A DNA stretch of 64,000 bases from Lama guanicoe. Its lineage: Eukaryota. The notes beneath the pieces were generated by a model. It saw only the letters and a list, made by a program, of their open reading frames with translations. It ran no database searches and was not told where the DNA came from. Location of the stretch: the NCBI GenBank assembly GCA_013239625.1, contig MU056050.1:4907366-4971365 (forward strand). The letters are read 5' to 3'. A program made the translations under genes and the position numbers. This document shows, piece by piece, positions 11,641 through 24,697 of the stretch; the stretch's first letter is position 1; every line of letters begins with the position of its first letter.

Positions 11641-13363
11641 ACTGGTCCCCAAGAGAGCTAAATCATGCCGGTAGAAAAATAAGAACTAAATAATGTTGTG
11701 TAAGGCATCAGTAAAATGTATGATAAAGAATATGTTTGAAATTAAGAGATCTCTGAATCCTTAAATTCAATGAAATGGAAAAAAATAATGTGTATATGGA
11801 ATATATTAACATGTCCCATTAGAGGGTATGCCTTTTTTAAGTTATATACACCGCATAAACACTAACACATTTATGTCATATTAAAAATAAAACTTTAGTT
11901 TTTTAGTTAAATAAAATTATTTAGCTTGATATTAAAACTAATGAACAAGTGCTAGGCAACAGTGTGTGTGTGTGTGTGTTTATGAGAAAAGAAAAATGAG
12001 AAATGAAAAAAGTGAATTAAAAGTTGACCCCTGCCAATAGACATCATTTCTAAATGCATTTAAGTGCCATGATAAAAATCAACCTTCAGGGTGATAAAGG
12101 AAATGAAAGCATTTTTACTTCATCTCAACCTTATCAAAGAAGGTCATCATTTTTGTTGTTGTTGTTCTAAATGCATTTAGCTATCAACAGAATAGAAAGG
12201 GAATTCTCCACAATGCTACTTCAATATATTCCTTGGTTCCAATTAATGTGTATCACCTGTATTTGTACCCATAACAAAACTCCCTCCCCTTGGGGCTTTT
12301 GACCTATAAGTCATTTTGAAAACAGAACTGTTTTCTCTAAACTGTTAATATTAGGAGACAGTGCTGTTGGCTATCTCTAGATTTTTCTCTCTTCTCAGGC
12401 AAAAGAAAAAAAAAAGATTCTGTATACTGAATAAACCTGTATAGAGAGACTTAATGGAAAACTTTTTTTCTCATGAGGTGAAATTAGAGATGTTGGTCAG
12501 AAACAGGTTGTATGCAAAATGAAAGGGTGTTGAAACTTGGCCTGATTATGGTATAACCTGGACCACGGCATGCCTTAGTCCTCAAAAGTTAATGGGAACT
12601 TTAAATTATGAGATGTCAAAGAAGAGTAGATAAGCTTTTACTGATATTGCTGATAAAAATAAGGCCACTGTAGTGGTAAACTAGAAGAGTGATTATTTAG
12701 AGAAATTGTAATACGTTTGTAAAATTAAGTAATATAATTCACTACACTAGCATATTTGTAAGAAAAATCAACAAAATCTCTACATAGACAAAAATCATTT
12801 GTTAAAATTCAACATCCATGTATGGCAAAAAAAAAAAACTTAGGAAGCAATAATTTTTAACAAGTGAAATATATGCAAAATCAAGCAGATCTAAGCCTTA
12901 AGGTTGAAATATTAAAAACATAATTTACTTGTTTAGATGTAAGGTAGTAGTTATGCACACTGAGCATATTCTGCAGTTTACTGGCTTCAGTGTGGAGAGG
13001 AGGGTGCTTGTTATCTCCCTTTCTCTTCAACACTGCACTGAAGATCCTGGTCCGTGATGCAAGGCAAGATGAGAAATTAAAGTTATAGGGACTGGAAATG
13101 ACTCTGTAGATAGACTACTCAAAATAATGTATAGAGAAATCATAGAATTAAGTACAAATTTCAGCAGGGTGGCTAGATATAAAAATCTCTATACAAAATC
13201 AAATTGAGTTTCTGTATACCAAAATTTAACAGGAAACAAATGTAATTAAAACATAATTGCAAGTACACCAAAATATAAATTATGCTTATTAGAAAATCTA
13301 CCTTTATGAAGAAGTTTTAAAACTTTATTGAAAGAAACTAATGAATATTTAAATAAATTATGA

Positions 13364-13759
13364 TGTTATAGACTCCATTGTGTCCCCTCTTCAAATTCAT
13401 ATGCTGAATCCCTAACCCCCAAGGTGACTATACTTAAAGATAGGGACTTTAAAGAGATAATTAAGGTTAAATGAGATCATAAGGGTGAGGTCTTAATAAC
13501 AAAAGGGCAGGTGTCTTTGTAAAAAGAGGAAGAGACCCAGAAGTTCTCTCTTTCACTCTCTGTCTCCATACATCCACACAGAGGAAAGGCCAAGTAAGGA
13601 CACAGCAAGAAGGTGGCTGCCTCTAAGCCAGGAAGTCAGGCCTTACCAGAATGCAACCCTGATGGCACCTTCATCTTGGACTTCCAGCCTCCAGAATTGT
13701 GAGAAAATAAGCAACCCAGCCTGTGGCATTTTGTTATGCAGCCTGAGCAGACTAATACA
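13364..13759 (+). mobile_element. MaLR solo LTR (MLT1A-like) nested in L1
   Basis: Starts tgttatagac..tgtgtcccc..aaattcatatgctgaatccctaaccccc; contains atcttggacttccagcctccagaattgtgagaaaataa; ends gactaataca. Confidence 0.9.
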
Positions 13760-13849
13760 GGTAAGATATAACGTGTTTATGGAAGAGAAGACTGAAAAGC
13801 ATAGAACTATCAAATCTCCTCAAGATGATCTATAGATTTATTCTTTCCT

Positions 13850-13980
13850 TCAGTATTTAACTCAAATGTTTATTGAGTCCCTATTGTGTACTAAGCACTG
13901 TTTTAGGCACATGGAATAAAATAGAGTGAACAGAGCATAAAAAAAACTGCCTTGATTAAGCTTACATATTAGTTCCTAGG
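13850..13980 (-). mobile_element. L2 3' fragment
   Basis: caaatgtttattgagtccctattgtgtactaagcactgttttaggcac. Confidence 0.7.
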
Positions 13981-16699
13981 GTGCAGAGTCAATTATTTTA
14001 GGATATAGATTCTAAATGTCAAAAACTTCTACATTCAGTGCAATTCCAATAAAAAATATCACCAGGTTATTTTGGTGCAACTTAATAATCTGATTTTAAA
14101 ATTCATAGTCAAGTGCAAATGTCCAAAAACAGAAAAAACACATAAAGAAGAAAAACATAGTAGGAATATTTGCCTAGCTAGGTATCAAACATTAATTTAA
14201 AACAATATCAAGTCAGTATATTAAGTCAGTGCTGAAGCAACAGACAAACTGATAAACTGAACAGAATGGGGATTTCAGGAACAGAACCATATATAAATAG
14301 AAATTTGACGTATAATGAGCTGGCAAGATGAGATAGACTTTTCAATAATGTTAAGACAATTGCTTGACCATATGTTTTTCAAAAATGAGTTCAGACCTGT
14401 GTTTTGCACCATACATTTTAATAATTGATTTTAGTTAGATAAAAGATTTAAATGTGAAAAACAATACTGTAAGCTTTTACACAACATATAGAAGAATAAC
14501 TTATTAACTCAGGTAAGAGAAAATATAGAAGATACAAAACTTGTAAAACTTAGAAGTAAAACGTATAAATCATATTAAAATTAACATCTGTTCATCAAAA
14601 GATAGCACAAAGAGAGAGAAAATGCATGCCTTAAATTAGAGTATATAATTAAAAGACATTTAACTGGCAAAGAGCTTGTATTCATATGATATAAAAACTC
14701 TTTACAGGAAACAAGAAAAAGTAGTTTAGATGTTGACTAGCTGATACAAAAATTTAAGTGAAAATTGCAAGGGCCAAGAATAGCCAAAATATTCTGGAAG
14801 AAGAGTTTGGTCAAAGGACTTGTTTTGCTAAGTATGCAGATGTATTATTAAGCTACAGTTAAGGTGGTGTGGATTTAATGCAAGGGTAGACAAACATACA
14901 GACAAATAGATTGTTTAGAGAAATAGAGATACATAGATAGACCGATAAAGGCATCACTGTAGATCAGTGAGGAAAAAGACAGCATCTTTAATGAATAATT
15001 CTGACTCAGTTGTACATTAAGGGAAAAAAAAATAAAACTTGGCCCCTACCTACACCATTCACAGTAATCTGTTCCAGGTGGTGTGTCAATAAAGTTGTGA
15101 AAGGCCGAAAAGAAGTCTTTTAGAAGATGATACACAAATCTGCACAATCTTCAGTAGGAAGAGATGTTTTTATTTAGAAAGAACACAATAAACACTAACC
15201 TAAAGGAAAATATGTATGAATCAAACTATATTAAAATCAACAATCCATGTTCATAAAAATTCACTAATAAGAGAATAAGACAAAAGTGGAAACTGAGAGA
15301 AGGATGATGTTTGTAACATATATCACCAAAAGGGGGATGTATGTAGTATATATTTGGAGCGTTGATAAATTAATATGAAAATGACAAACAACCTTATGAA
15401 AAAATGAACAAAAGACTTGTGCAGACAGTTACTAAGAGAGGAAAATCAAATGGCAAATGCATATTTAAAAAGATGTGCTATCTCAATAGTAAGTAGGGAG
15501 TGCAAATTAAACCAAAAGATGATGTCATTTCATATCCATTAAGGTGGCAAAAATGTCAGACATAACATTATCCAGGTTGATGAGGATGTGGAATAAATCT
15601 ATACATTTATACACTGCTGTTGGGAGTATAAATTGGTACAGATCTTGAGCAAAGAATTTAGTATTACACAATAAGTTTGAATATGCATATAATATTGGAT
15701 TCAGCAGTCCCACTCCTAGGTGTATATCCTAGAAAATGTCTTACCCCTGTCCACTAGGAGATATGTATAAGAACATTTATACGAGCATTGTTTCTCTTCG
15801 CAGAAAAAAATAAACCAGAAATAGATCAAATGCCTATCAATAGAAAAGGTCTAAATAAGTGGTGATGTGTTAATATAATAGACTGCAGCTATGCATTCAT
15901 ATGAATTATCTCACTAACATAATGTTAAACAAAAAAGAAATAATGTTTAAGAAGTCATAGAAAATTCCCACAACGTAATTCCTTTACGTAAGTTTCAAAA
16001 ACATGAAAAGTCAATGCATTTTTTTTAAGGGAAAATGTGATAAGTCTGTAAAGAAAAGCAAGGGGACTGTAAATACAAAATTCAGGATTCTGAGTATCTG
16101 AGCATGCAAGGAAGGGCTTGGGTTGGTTGAATGACACAGGGGACACCAATATCAATGCAGGATTTGTTTGTTTCCTTTAAACTGAATGATAGAATATGAA
16201 TGTTAAGAGCATACATTACTTTTCTTTACCTTAAATTCTTTTCAATATTTAATAAAAGCAATGAAAACAAACAGAACTGTCAGGGATCATTTTTATATAA
16301 ATGTAGATATATACATCTGCAAATTTAGTGTTGAAGGAAACAAACCTATTTTTCATTATGTGCTCTTTTGTTCAGAATTTAAGGTGTTCTAAATAGGCAG
16401 ATGCATTTCTATTATTTTTTTTATTCCATGGGATTATTTGGTGGTCAAATTGTAGGCTATTAGATTAAATTTAAAAATATGTCTTATTAAGAAGGAACAA
16501 ACAATAGCAATCAAACCAACCACATTTACCTGAGGAGCAGAAAGCCTATGTGTAGTCCAAAAGCCTCAGCATTTCCTATCATTGAGCCATAAAATACTCA
16601 AAGGTATACAGTTAAGTCGTTAGTAGTTCTTTGACACTCCCAGATACTGTAGACAGTTCTCCTTTTGCTCTGCACTGGAGCTGAATCTCAATCCCTTCC

Positions 16700-18480
16700 T
16701 CTGAAATGTGAGAGAAAGACACGAGGGAGTGAGCGTGAGCGGGACGAAGAGTCCCAATAGCAGCCTGGCTGAGCCTTAACCTTTTGTACATGTCTTTAGC
16801 TACCCGAGCAAAAAATCATCAGCATGGCAGGGGGACCACTGACCTAGATGCTGTTGTCTATGAAAGGTTGTTGAGGAGCTGTGCCTTCTGGCTCAGAGCT
16901 GTCAAAGCCCTGCCATTGTGTGGTCAGTGGAGAGCATTTTGGAAGATGAGGGCAGAATACAATGCAAACAGCCTTGTCAGCCAGAGAGAAATGTGCCAAA
17001 TAGTGAGAAGACAGCTTAGCATGTTATTGTGTGTTACTTCAAGGAGCCCCTGAGAAGCTGAAGCCCGGCCAAACTCTTGGTCACAAGCCCTGTGAACTGC
17101 TGCTGCAAAACTGTCACAAGATTTAAAAGGTATATAAAGTTGGCCCATTTGACTGATGTTGGAAATAAGAAGGTGATTGGACAATTGAATGTTTTAGCCT
17201 GACAGATCTCCTACCAGGCTTCTGAATTGAGCAGAGAAGGGGTACACACTTGGGTAAATATAACTGGAATGAACAAACATCCACAGTTTATATCATTATT
17301 AAGAAATAAAGTAGAATATCTACTGCCACAGGGGTTTCCACATGTAAATGTGACTTTACTCTCTAAGCTTACGTTCATAGGCTTGTCTGATCTTTGTTTA
17401 TTGTTAACCGGCCCAGAGTTACATTAGTTTTGGTTTTGCTTCAAAGTATCCCTGGCAGCATGTTAGTCCTGGTGGCGGTCACACTGACGTCGAATGTATA
17501 CCTTATCTCTGGATGCCGTCTTGAGCCCCTGGCCACAGTGCAGAAGGCAGTAGTGCACTCCTGGGATTAGAAACCATCATGGCGGACTGGAGCAAAGAGA
17601 AATGGGGTGGAAGTCAGATTGTTTTTTGCTGACTAAAAATAGCATTTCTTGTTAATAGTAGAGTGAAATATATTAATCTTTAGTTGTCAGTACTTAAAAC
17701 TCTGATACAAAACTAAAGCTATGCTAGCCTTCTAAACATGTATGTTCTTCTAAAGGGTAACACTGCCTCAATTAATCTTACCCCTGTGAATACAATTCCA
17801 ACTCAGTAGTGACTTTTTGAATTATAAATACAAAAGCAGGATAGTGGCTCTGTTTCAGTAAAGTGAGGGTTTTCTTGTTGGACCGTGTGAGCAAAGAAAG
17901 TTTGCATGGTGTCTTAAAAAACATGTGAAGCGAAAGGAGAGGAAGCATAGGTTCTAGTCTACTGGCGGCAACACTGGCCACGAATCTGCAAGGCCTATCC
18001 CGTTGTCCCAAAAGTTGTCCCAAAAGTTGTGAACGACTTTTACCACAGATTTTGTTTCCATTTTGATTTGTTTCTTTTTCTTCCTTTGGTATAAAGAGTT
18101 CCGATCTTGTGACAAAATTTCAAGTGGAAATAGAATCCATTTTACACTGAATTATGTTAGTCTATGAAGCAACGGATCTTGGCGTTACAGAACTATAAAG
18201 GATATGCTCTACCAGAGAGAGCCAAGAAGTTTGAACTCAAGTGCCAGCTCTTGCTGATGGATGGTGGCTGTCTGCAGATCTATGTTGAGAGAGATTCTGA
18301 GGTGAAGTCTGAGCTCAGCACAGAAAAGTGCCATGATAGATTAGCAGAGTAACAGGGTGCAAGATGGCAGGCATGTTGGCAAATGCACCACTCATTTGCT
18401 ATTATCATATCGTTCTTTTCCTGACGTGCGTGTGTATTTCTCTTCCTTGCTGTCATTTAAGTCTAGCCTACCTGACAAAA
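16700..18480. promoter_or_regulatory. Candidate cis-regulatory block (unique sequence, CpG-retaining)
   Basis: About 25 CpGs in 1.7 kb counted by eye; TATATAAAG 17131-17139; TGATTGG 17174-17180; CRE-like TGACGTCG 17485-17492; TGACAG sites at 16899, 17111, 17200, 18450; CAAGATGGC 18360-18368. Confidence 0.4.
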
Positions 18481-18650
18481 TATGAGTAAATGGCTTTACA
18501 GTAGTAGGGGCAGAGACTACTATGATTTTATTGGTGACAAAAAGCAGTTAAATAATAGTGGTTTGTCAGCTTAAAGAGTTTGCAACTGATAAATTGGATA
18601 TATTTGATTTAAATAGTAATACAATCTTGAATCCTTAGGCTCATTCTTTT

Positions 18651-18859
18651 TACTATTTTTTTAACATTTTTTATTGATTTATAATCATTTTACAATGTGT
18701 CAAATTCCAGTGTAAAGCACAATTTTTCAGTTATATATGAACATACATATATTCATTGTTACATTTTTTCTGTGAGCTACCATAAGATTTTGTATATATT
18801 ACCCTGTGCTATACAGTATAATCTTGTTTATCTATTCTACAATTTTGAAATCCCGTCTA
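18651..18859 (-). mobile_element. Short young camelid L1 3' end
   Basis: Closely similar to the 3'UTR at 7320-7550 (acaatttttc.gttata.atgaacatacatatattcattgt..gagctacca.aagat). Flanks tcattctttt / ttgttctttt. Confidence 0.9.
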
Positions 18860-19129
18860 TTGTTCTTTTAAGTGATATTGCAACAAAAAGTGAGTGTGAG
18901 TACGAAGGTATTATCCATGAGTTCTGTATAAATGACAATGGACAACACTGAAAGCAAAATACCAGTTGTCTCTTCTCTGTCTCTTTCTCTGAGAGCCACT
19001 GCATATTTCATTTTAAAAGATTAGACTCTTCTTAAATTGATGTTCTTATTTTCACATTTCTCTACATGTTTTCATAATGTCATATTAAATCCTATTTTTA
19101 AAAACAGCTAAGGACATAATAGTCAGCTG

Positions 19130-19340
19130 TGGAATTGTAGAGTGAAAATTGGAATGGAAGTTAAAAACCTGGTTAAAGTGGGATTTTCTAATTTACCACT
19201 GTGTCATTTTGGGAAAGTTGCATAACTTCTTTGACTACAAATTTCTGTAAAACTATAAAGTTGTTGTGAGGATAAATGTGATATAGTCTTTGAAACATCT
19301 TAGATTGAGCCTGATACATACTATACACTCAAGTGATTTT
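19130..19340 (+). mobile_element. MIR
   Basis: tgtgtcattttgggaaagttgcataacttctttgac..gttgttgtgaggataaatg. Confidence 0.7.
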
Positions 19341-19620
19341 ATTTTTAATTTAGACAAAGTCATTTTTCTCAGAAATGCTCCAGGATAAAATATTTCTTTG
19401 TAGTTGATAAATTTCCCAGCATTCATCATGAGTCAAATTATCAAAGTCATAATTGGTCAGAACAAGAAATATATATCATTTCAAGTTTCTAATTTGAGTA
19501 AATTACTTAATGAAATAACAAATAAAATAAATAACTAGAATAAAGTCACACCTACAGAAGTGCATACTGATACACACATGCCTCAAACAGAAGTGGAATA
19601 TTTATGTCTTTTCTCATCTG

Positions 19621-20057
19621 CGTTAAAATGAAAGACAAAATGGAGACCAGACTTGAGAATTCCTTGAGCAGACAAAACCATTTAAATAATCTAAACAAAA
19701 TTAAATCTAGCTTATTTCATGAACATAAGCAAAACTTAGGTTATTTCTTATAAATGTCTCGGACAATCATAAAAGAAACTTAAGTCATCCTTCTAAAAAT
19801 GGAATGAGATAGTCACTTTTAACCAATACGCTGCCATCGGAAATGCGCATTCTAATACTTAATCATTGTAAAGGCTAACAGCTTCCGTATTTTCACTTTA
19901 TGAGCCGTTCTGTAACTTCATGCCCCTAAGCTTCATACCAGTCTTTAATTTTGAAAGCTCTCAGTTTACGAACTGTTCTTATATGCATAATAAACGTTTA
20001 CTAAATACCATGTATTAATTTGGTGGCTTTAATTTTGCTATTTCTGGATTTTTGACA
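19621..20057 (+). mobile_element. ERV1-class solo LTR (MER67-like)
   Basis: aaatggagaccagacttgagaattccttgagcagacaaaacca near the 5' end; AATAAA at ~19989; ends ttttgaca; exact 4-bp TSD tctg (19617-19620, 20058-20061); 5' TG reads CG. Confidence 0.8.
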
Positions 20058-20136
20058 TCTGGTAGAAACACTTTAGCTTTGGCTTGATACAGCTTATTTA
20101 TATGTGGATACTTGAAGCCCCAATTAAAATTATGCA

Positions 20137-21720
20137 GGGAAATGACATCAGCAAGATGGCAGAATAAGCAGGCCCATGCTCTTAGTTCTCCACAGAAACA
20201 GCAGTGTCCAGCAGGAACTGTCAGAACCAGCGTTTTCAGTACTCTGGAAAATAGTCAAGGACTTATAGCTGCCAAGATAACTGAATTTTTTAAAAAGGAT
20301 GTTTGAAAATGATTGGAAAGTCTTGTGGAATTTTTACTTGCCCTGCTCCCCCCTCCCACCCTTGTGCGCTGGCAGTTTTAAAGCAGTGCCAGCCTGTGAC
20401 CCACTATGTGACTATTTCCCTAGTTCTAGAAGGAGCAGATTAGATCTTACTTGCAAATTGTTGTCTTTGTCTATTCTAACATGTCCAATGGCTTCCTGAA
20501 GAACCGATGTGAGGAACTCATCTCTGTTTCACCTAATTTGGAACATAGGCTGGAAAGTTGGCAGACATTGCTAAAAAATGCTTAAAGTGAACTTACCAAC
20601 TAAAGATGTTTAAGGCAAAAGAAAATTGGTCAAGACATAGAATAGACATCCAAGAGGCTCAGAGTAACAGCTGGCAGAGATTCTTTGGGAAATTAGGAAA
20701 ATCAAAACCAATCGTGTCTATGGGAAAATTTCAAAAGCCACGTACATGCCAATGGCAAACTGTGTACTCAAAAAATAGCAGTATAGACCCTAAGCTTTCA
20801 CCTCAGACCGATCCCTACACTTGCAGGACTGGCCAAGCGTTGAAGGAATACCCTAGCAAGAGATAAGCTGCAAACACTTGAGAGGTGCTTGTTTTTATTT
20901 TTTTATTTTTGTTTCTTTTTCTTTCTTTACTTTTTTTCTTTTTTCTTGGAATTCAAGGAAATTTCTGTTAAAGCATTAGTTGAACATGAGCTTAAAGAAT
21001 AGGAACTTGGGTCACCACACATGACAAGAAATACAGGCCTTGCAAAAAGAGTTTGGAAAAGTACCTAAACAAACATGGAGTTAGGAAAGAATGTGTTTTC
21101 CATGGTTAGAACATTATAATATTCAAATGTCTAGCTTTTGATGAAAGAAAAAAAGATCAGAAGGCATACAAAGAACAGGAAAGCATGGCCCATTCAAAGT
21201 AACAGAATAAATTGAGAAGAATCATCCCTGAGGAAGTTCAGACAGCAGACTTATCAGAAAAAGATTTCAAAACAACTGTCTTAAAGATACTCAGAGACTT
21301 AAAGAAAAACATGGACAAAGGAAAGTGAAAGCAAATTGACGTAGGAACAAAATGATATTATCAACAAAGAGAATTTATAAAAAGGGATCAAACAGAAATT
21401 CTGGAGATGAAAAGTACAGTAACTTGAAAGTAAAAATTCAATGGAGGGATTTAACAGCAGAGTTGAGCAGGCAGAAAAAATAACCAGCAAAATTGAGGAA
21501 AGGACAATTGGGATTATTGAGTTTGAGGAATGAAAAAATAAAGAATGAAGAAAAGTCAACAGAATTTATGCAAAATGAATGAAGTAAAACAAAGCAAGTA
21601 AAGTGAAAGAAGAACAATAAATAGAACCTGTGGTACAACAACATACATGTTAAATGGATACACAGCATACATGTCATGGCAGTCCCTGAAGGAGAAAAAA
21701 AGAGAAAGATGCAAAATTAT
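20137..21720 (+). mobile_element. Old L1M 5'UTR plus ORF1 N-terminal part
   Basis: tgacatcagcaagatggcagaataag start; ORF1 motifs atggagggatttaacagcagagttgagcaggcagaa and ggcagtccctgaaggagaa. Confidence 0.85.
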
Positions 21721-21739
21721 ATCTATGCATGTGTACGTA

Positions 21740-22850
21740 TATAAATAAAATTCAGGCTTAAAAAAGAAATCCTATTATATGCTACAACATTGATGAACCT
21801 TGAGGATGTTATGTTAAGTGAAATAAGCCAGTCACAGAAGGACAAATATTACAGGCTTACATTTAAATGAAGTAAGTAAAGTATCCAAATTCATAGAAGT
21901 AGAAAGTAGAATGCCATTGTCAGGGACTGGGGCAGGGAACATATACGGAGTTTCTGTTAAATGGATATAGAATTCCAGTCATCCAAGATGAAAAAGTTCC
22001 AGAGATATGCAGTAAACCAATGTGTGTATAGTTAACAGTATTGTACTGTACATTTAAAAATTTGTTGGATGTGTTTTTCTTTTTCCACACAAAAATATAA
22101 TGAGTGTTGGTGAAGATGGGGAGAAACTGAAACCCTTGTATATTTCTAGTAGGAATATAAAATGGTACAGTAGGTGTAGCAAGCAATTTGGAAGTTCCTC
22201 AAATAGCTGTTTATAGAATTGTCACATGACTTTGTAATACTCCTAGGTATATACCCAAAAGCGGTGAAAGCAGGATCTCAGAGAGATACTTGTACATCAG
22301 TGTTCATTGTAGCAATATTCGTAATAGCAAAAAGTGGGAAATAACCTGTGTCCATCCACATGTGAATAGGTAAAAATATGCCTACATACAGGCAATGGGA
22401 TATTACTTAGCCATAAAAAGAAATTAAGTTCTGGTACATGGCACAATATTGATACATTGTGAAAACATTATGCTAAGTGAAATTAGCCTGGCACAAAGAG
22501 ATGAGTATTTTATGAATCCACTTATATGCAATATCTAAAATATACGTTCATACAGATAGAAAGTAGATTAGAGGGGGCTGGGGGCAGGATGGAATAGGGA
22601 GTTATTGCTATTTGTTACGTAGTTTCTATTTAGGGTGGTGAAAAATGTTTGAAATAGGCAGTGGTGATGTTAGCACAACGTGAATGTAATGAGTGCTACT
22701 GAATTGGACAGTTAAATGGTTCAAATGGCAAATTTTATGTTATATATATTCTTCCATAATTAAAAGTATTAATCGAATATATAGAACAACTAAATTAAAC
22801 AGTCAATATTGTGTAGTATGTGAATTAAGTCACAACAAAGCTGATAAGAA
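21740..22850 (+). mobile_element. Two old L1M 3' ends (L1MB-like ~21740-22070; L1MC-like ~22085-22850)
   Basis: gatgaaccttgaggatgttatgttaagtgaaataagccagtcacag; gtgttggtgaagatggggagaaactgaaaccc..aaacattatgctaagtgaa. Confidence 0.85.
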
Positions 22851-24089
22851 ATTTTACAGTCGTTAATATTTCTTCATTATGATCTACGTGTGTTTGCTTA
22901 TGTATATGTGTGTGATGGTAGGGATATACTGTTAAAATCTATACATAAACAACATGCATGTGTATCTAATGGTAGAGAAGTGAATTATCATATACTTTTA
23001 AACTATCTTAAAAATCATTCTTAGTATCACTTTATTCTATGAACAAATAAGAACTTACGAGTAAAATCACAGAAAATATTCTTCAGTGTATTCAGTAACT
23101 GTCTCCTTTGTTAAATTTGAAAGGGTCTTCTCAATGAACACCACTAGCAATGATTTTTATAGGGTGGTGATTTTTATACATCACACATTGTTTTAGTTAA
23201 GCAATTTCCTCTTTTAAGAAAGTTCATGAAATCCCACCTTGTGAGACTGGAAGTAATCTTAAGCATCAGCTAATTTAACTTTTACTCACTCAACCCAGAA
23301 AGGACTGAATTTATGTCAGTATTAACTTCTGTCTGATCCTTTTTACCTCAAATTCATTTAAAGCACTTTTCAAAAGTGTAAAGTTTCAAGCTGTCAAATA
23401 GCACGCTCCACTCTTCTTCTGTAGTATGTAGCAAAGCCAGAGAGGAATATCTCTTTTTCTTATTTTGCTATGAGTTGTACAATACTGACGGCAGTAAAGT
23501 TGATATCTACTCAGTCTTCATTTCTTTCTGTGAAAACACTTGAAAGGGACATTTATTTAGGGCTTCATAAATACAGCAACCTATTCCTTTAGGACAAATG
23601 AGTGAATGAAAATATGACTATAGATAACTCTCAAACCAAGCACTATTTTGTAAGTTCAATAAGAACAGGAACTCTAGTTGCTTAAAGTTTAGATATTTAA
23701 ACAGGTCTTCAAATAAAATTTATTGCAAGGCAAATTTACTTCCTGAAATATTTCTGTTGTCAGTTAATTATTCCTTATTTTATTTGCATGGTATATGGTT
23801 TTCTAGCCTTCCACTCTGAAGGGTCTCTATATGTTCGCTACATTCTGGCAATGAGGTAGGGAGTGTGTGTGTGTTTGTCTTGTGTTCAAGGTGGGTGTTA
23901 TCTGTTTGTTATATTAGGTAGGAAGATAAATATAAATTTATTTAAATTTAAAATGAGTTCGTCTTATTAATCAGAGTCCTGGACATCACTGACAAGAGCA
24001 GCTCGTGTTTTTATTAACAGTTTTATGTCTCCTATCACAGAGGCTGTTGTTAATGAAAATGTGTTCAGCAGACCAATATCATCTTCGTC

Positions 24090-24200
24090 TTCTGAAAGTC
24101 ATTAAAAATGCAGAATCTTGGGCCCCATCCACACCTACTGAATCAAAATCTGCATTTAATGAGATCCTCAGGTAATTCATATGCCCATTAAATTATTAAG
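24090..24200. mobile_element. MER5A-like hAT-Charlie MITE
   Basis: aaatgcagaatcttgggccccatccacacctactgaatcaaaatctgcatttaatgagatcctcaggtaattcatatgc. Confidence 0.85.
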
Positions 24201-24224
24201 ACATATCAACATAGGCATATAGAA

Positions 24225-24697
24225 TTTTATTAATTCACTTTGGTTCAAACAACCTGACACTAAATAGTTTAAAGGAACAACTCATTTGTTTACTCATGAT
24301 TCTGTTGGTGGTTAATTTCAGCTTGGTACAGCTGTTTTTTCCTCTATTGTGTAAACTACATTTCCTCTGTATTTGTAGTTAACTAGAAGTTGATACTCAC
24401 ATGTCCACCATTTGCCTGCCTGTCACCAGGTGTGATGGCAGTAACTCAGCCATGTGTTGTTCATTATCAGGAAGACAAGCCCAGGTTCTTTCACACGGTG
24501 ATAGTTGCAGTGAAATTTCCATTGCCGAAGCTGTTTTCAAGCCTTCTTTTGTGTCATGCCTGCTAACGTCCTATTAGCCAAATTGAGTTGTATGACCAAA
24601 CTCAGATCTTAAATATAATGGATTCAAGTGTCATTGTAGAGGAGGAGGGTGGTGACAGGGATGTGAAGAGTCTGTGATCCTGTTGCCATCTACTACA
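24225..24697 (-). mobile_element. Old MaLR solo LTR (MLT1H/J-like)
   Basis: aacaactcatttgtttactcatgattctg..ctaacgtcctattagccaaa..gccatctactaca. Confidence 0.7.

Larger units (their letters stand above)
12700..16270 (+). mobile_element. Old L1M (L1ME/L1MD-like) ORF2-3'UTR fragments, probably two adjacent copies
   Basis: Decayed ORF2 motifs (aaaattcaacatcc, ttcaacactgcactgaagatcctgg, cagcagtcccactcctaggtgtatatcc). The same ORF2 segment appears near 14050-14700 and again from about 14730. Confidence 0.8.

Noticed and set aside
16784..18352. Short ORFs in the CpG-retaining block (89, 86, 66, 81, 62 aa)
   Set aside because: No recognisable homology; slightly higher GC lengthens chance ORFs.
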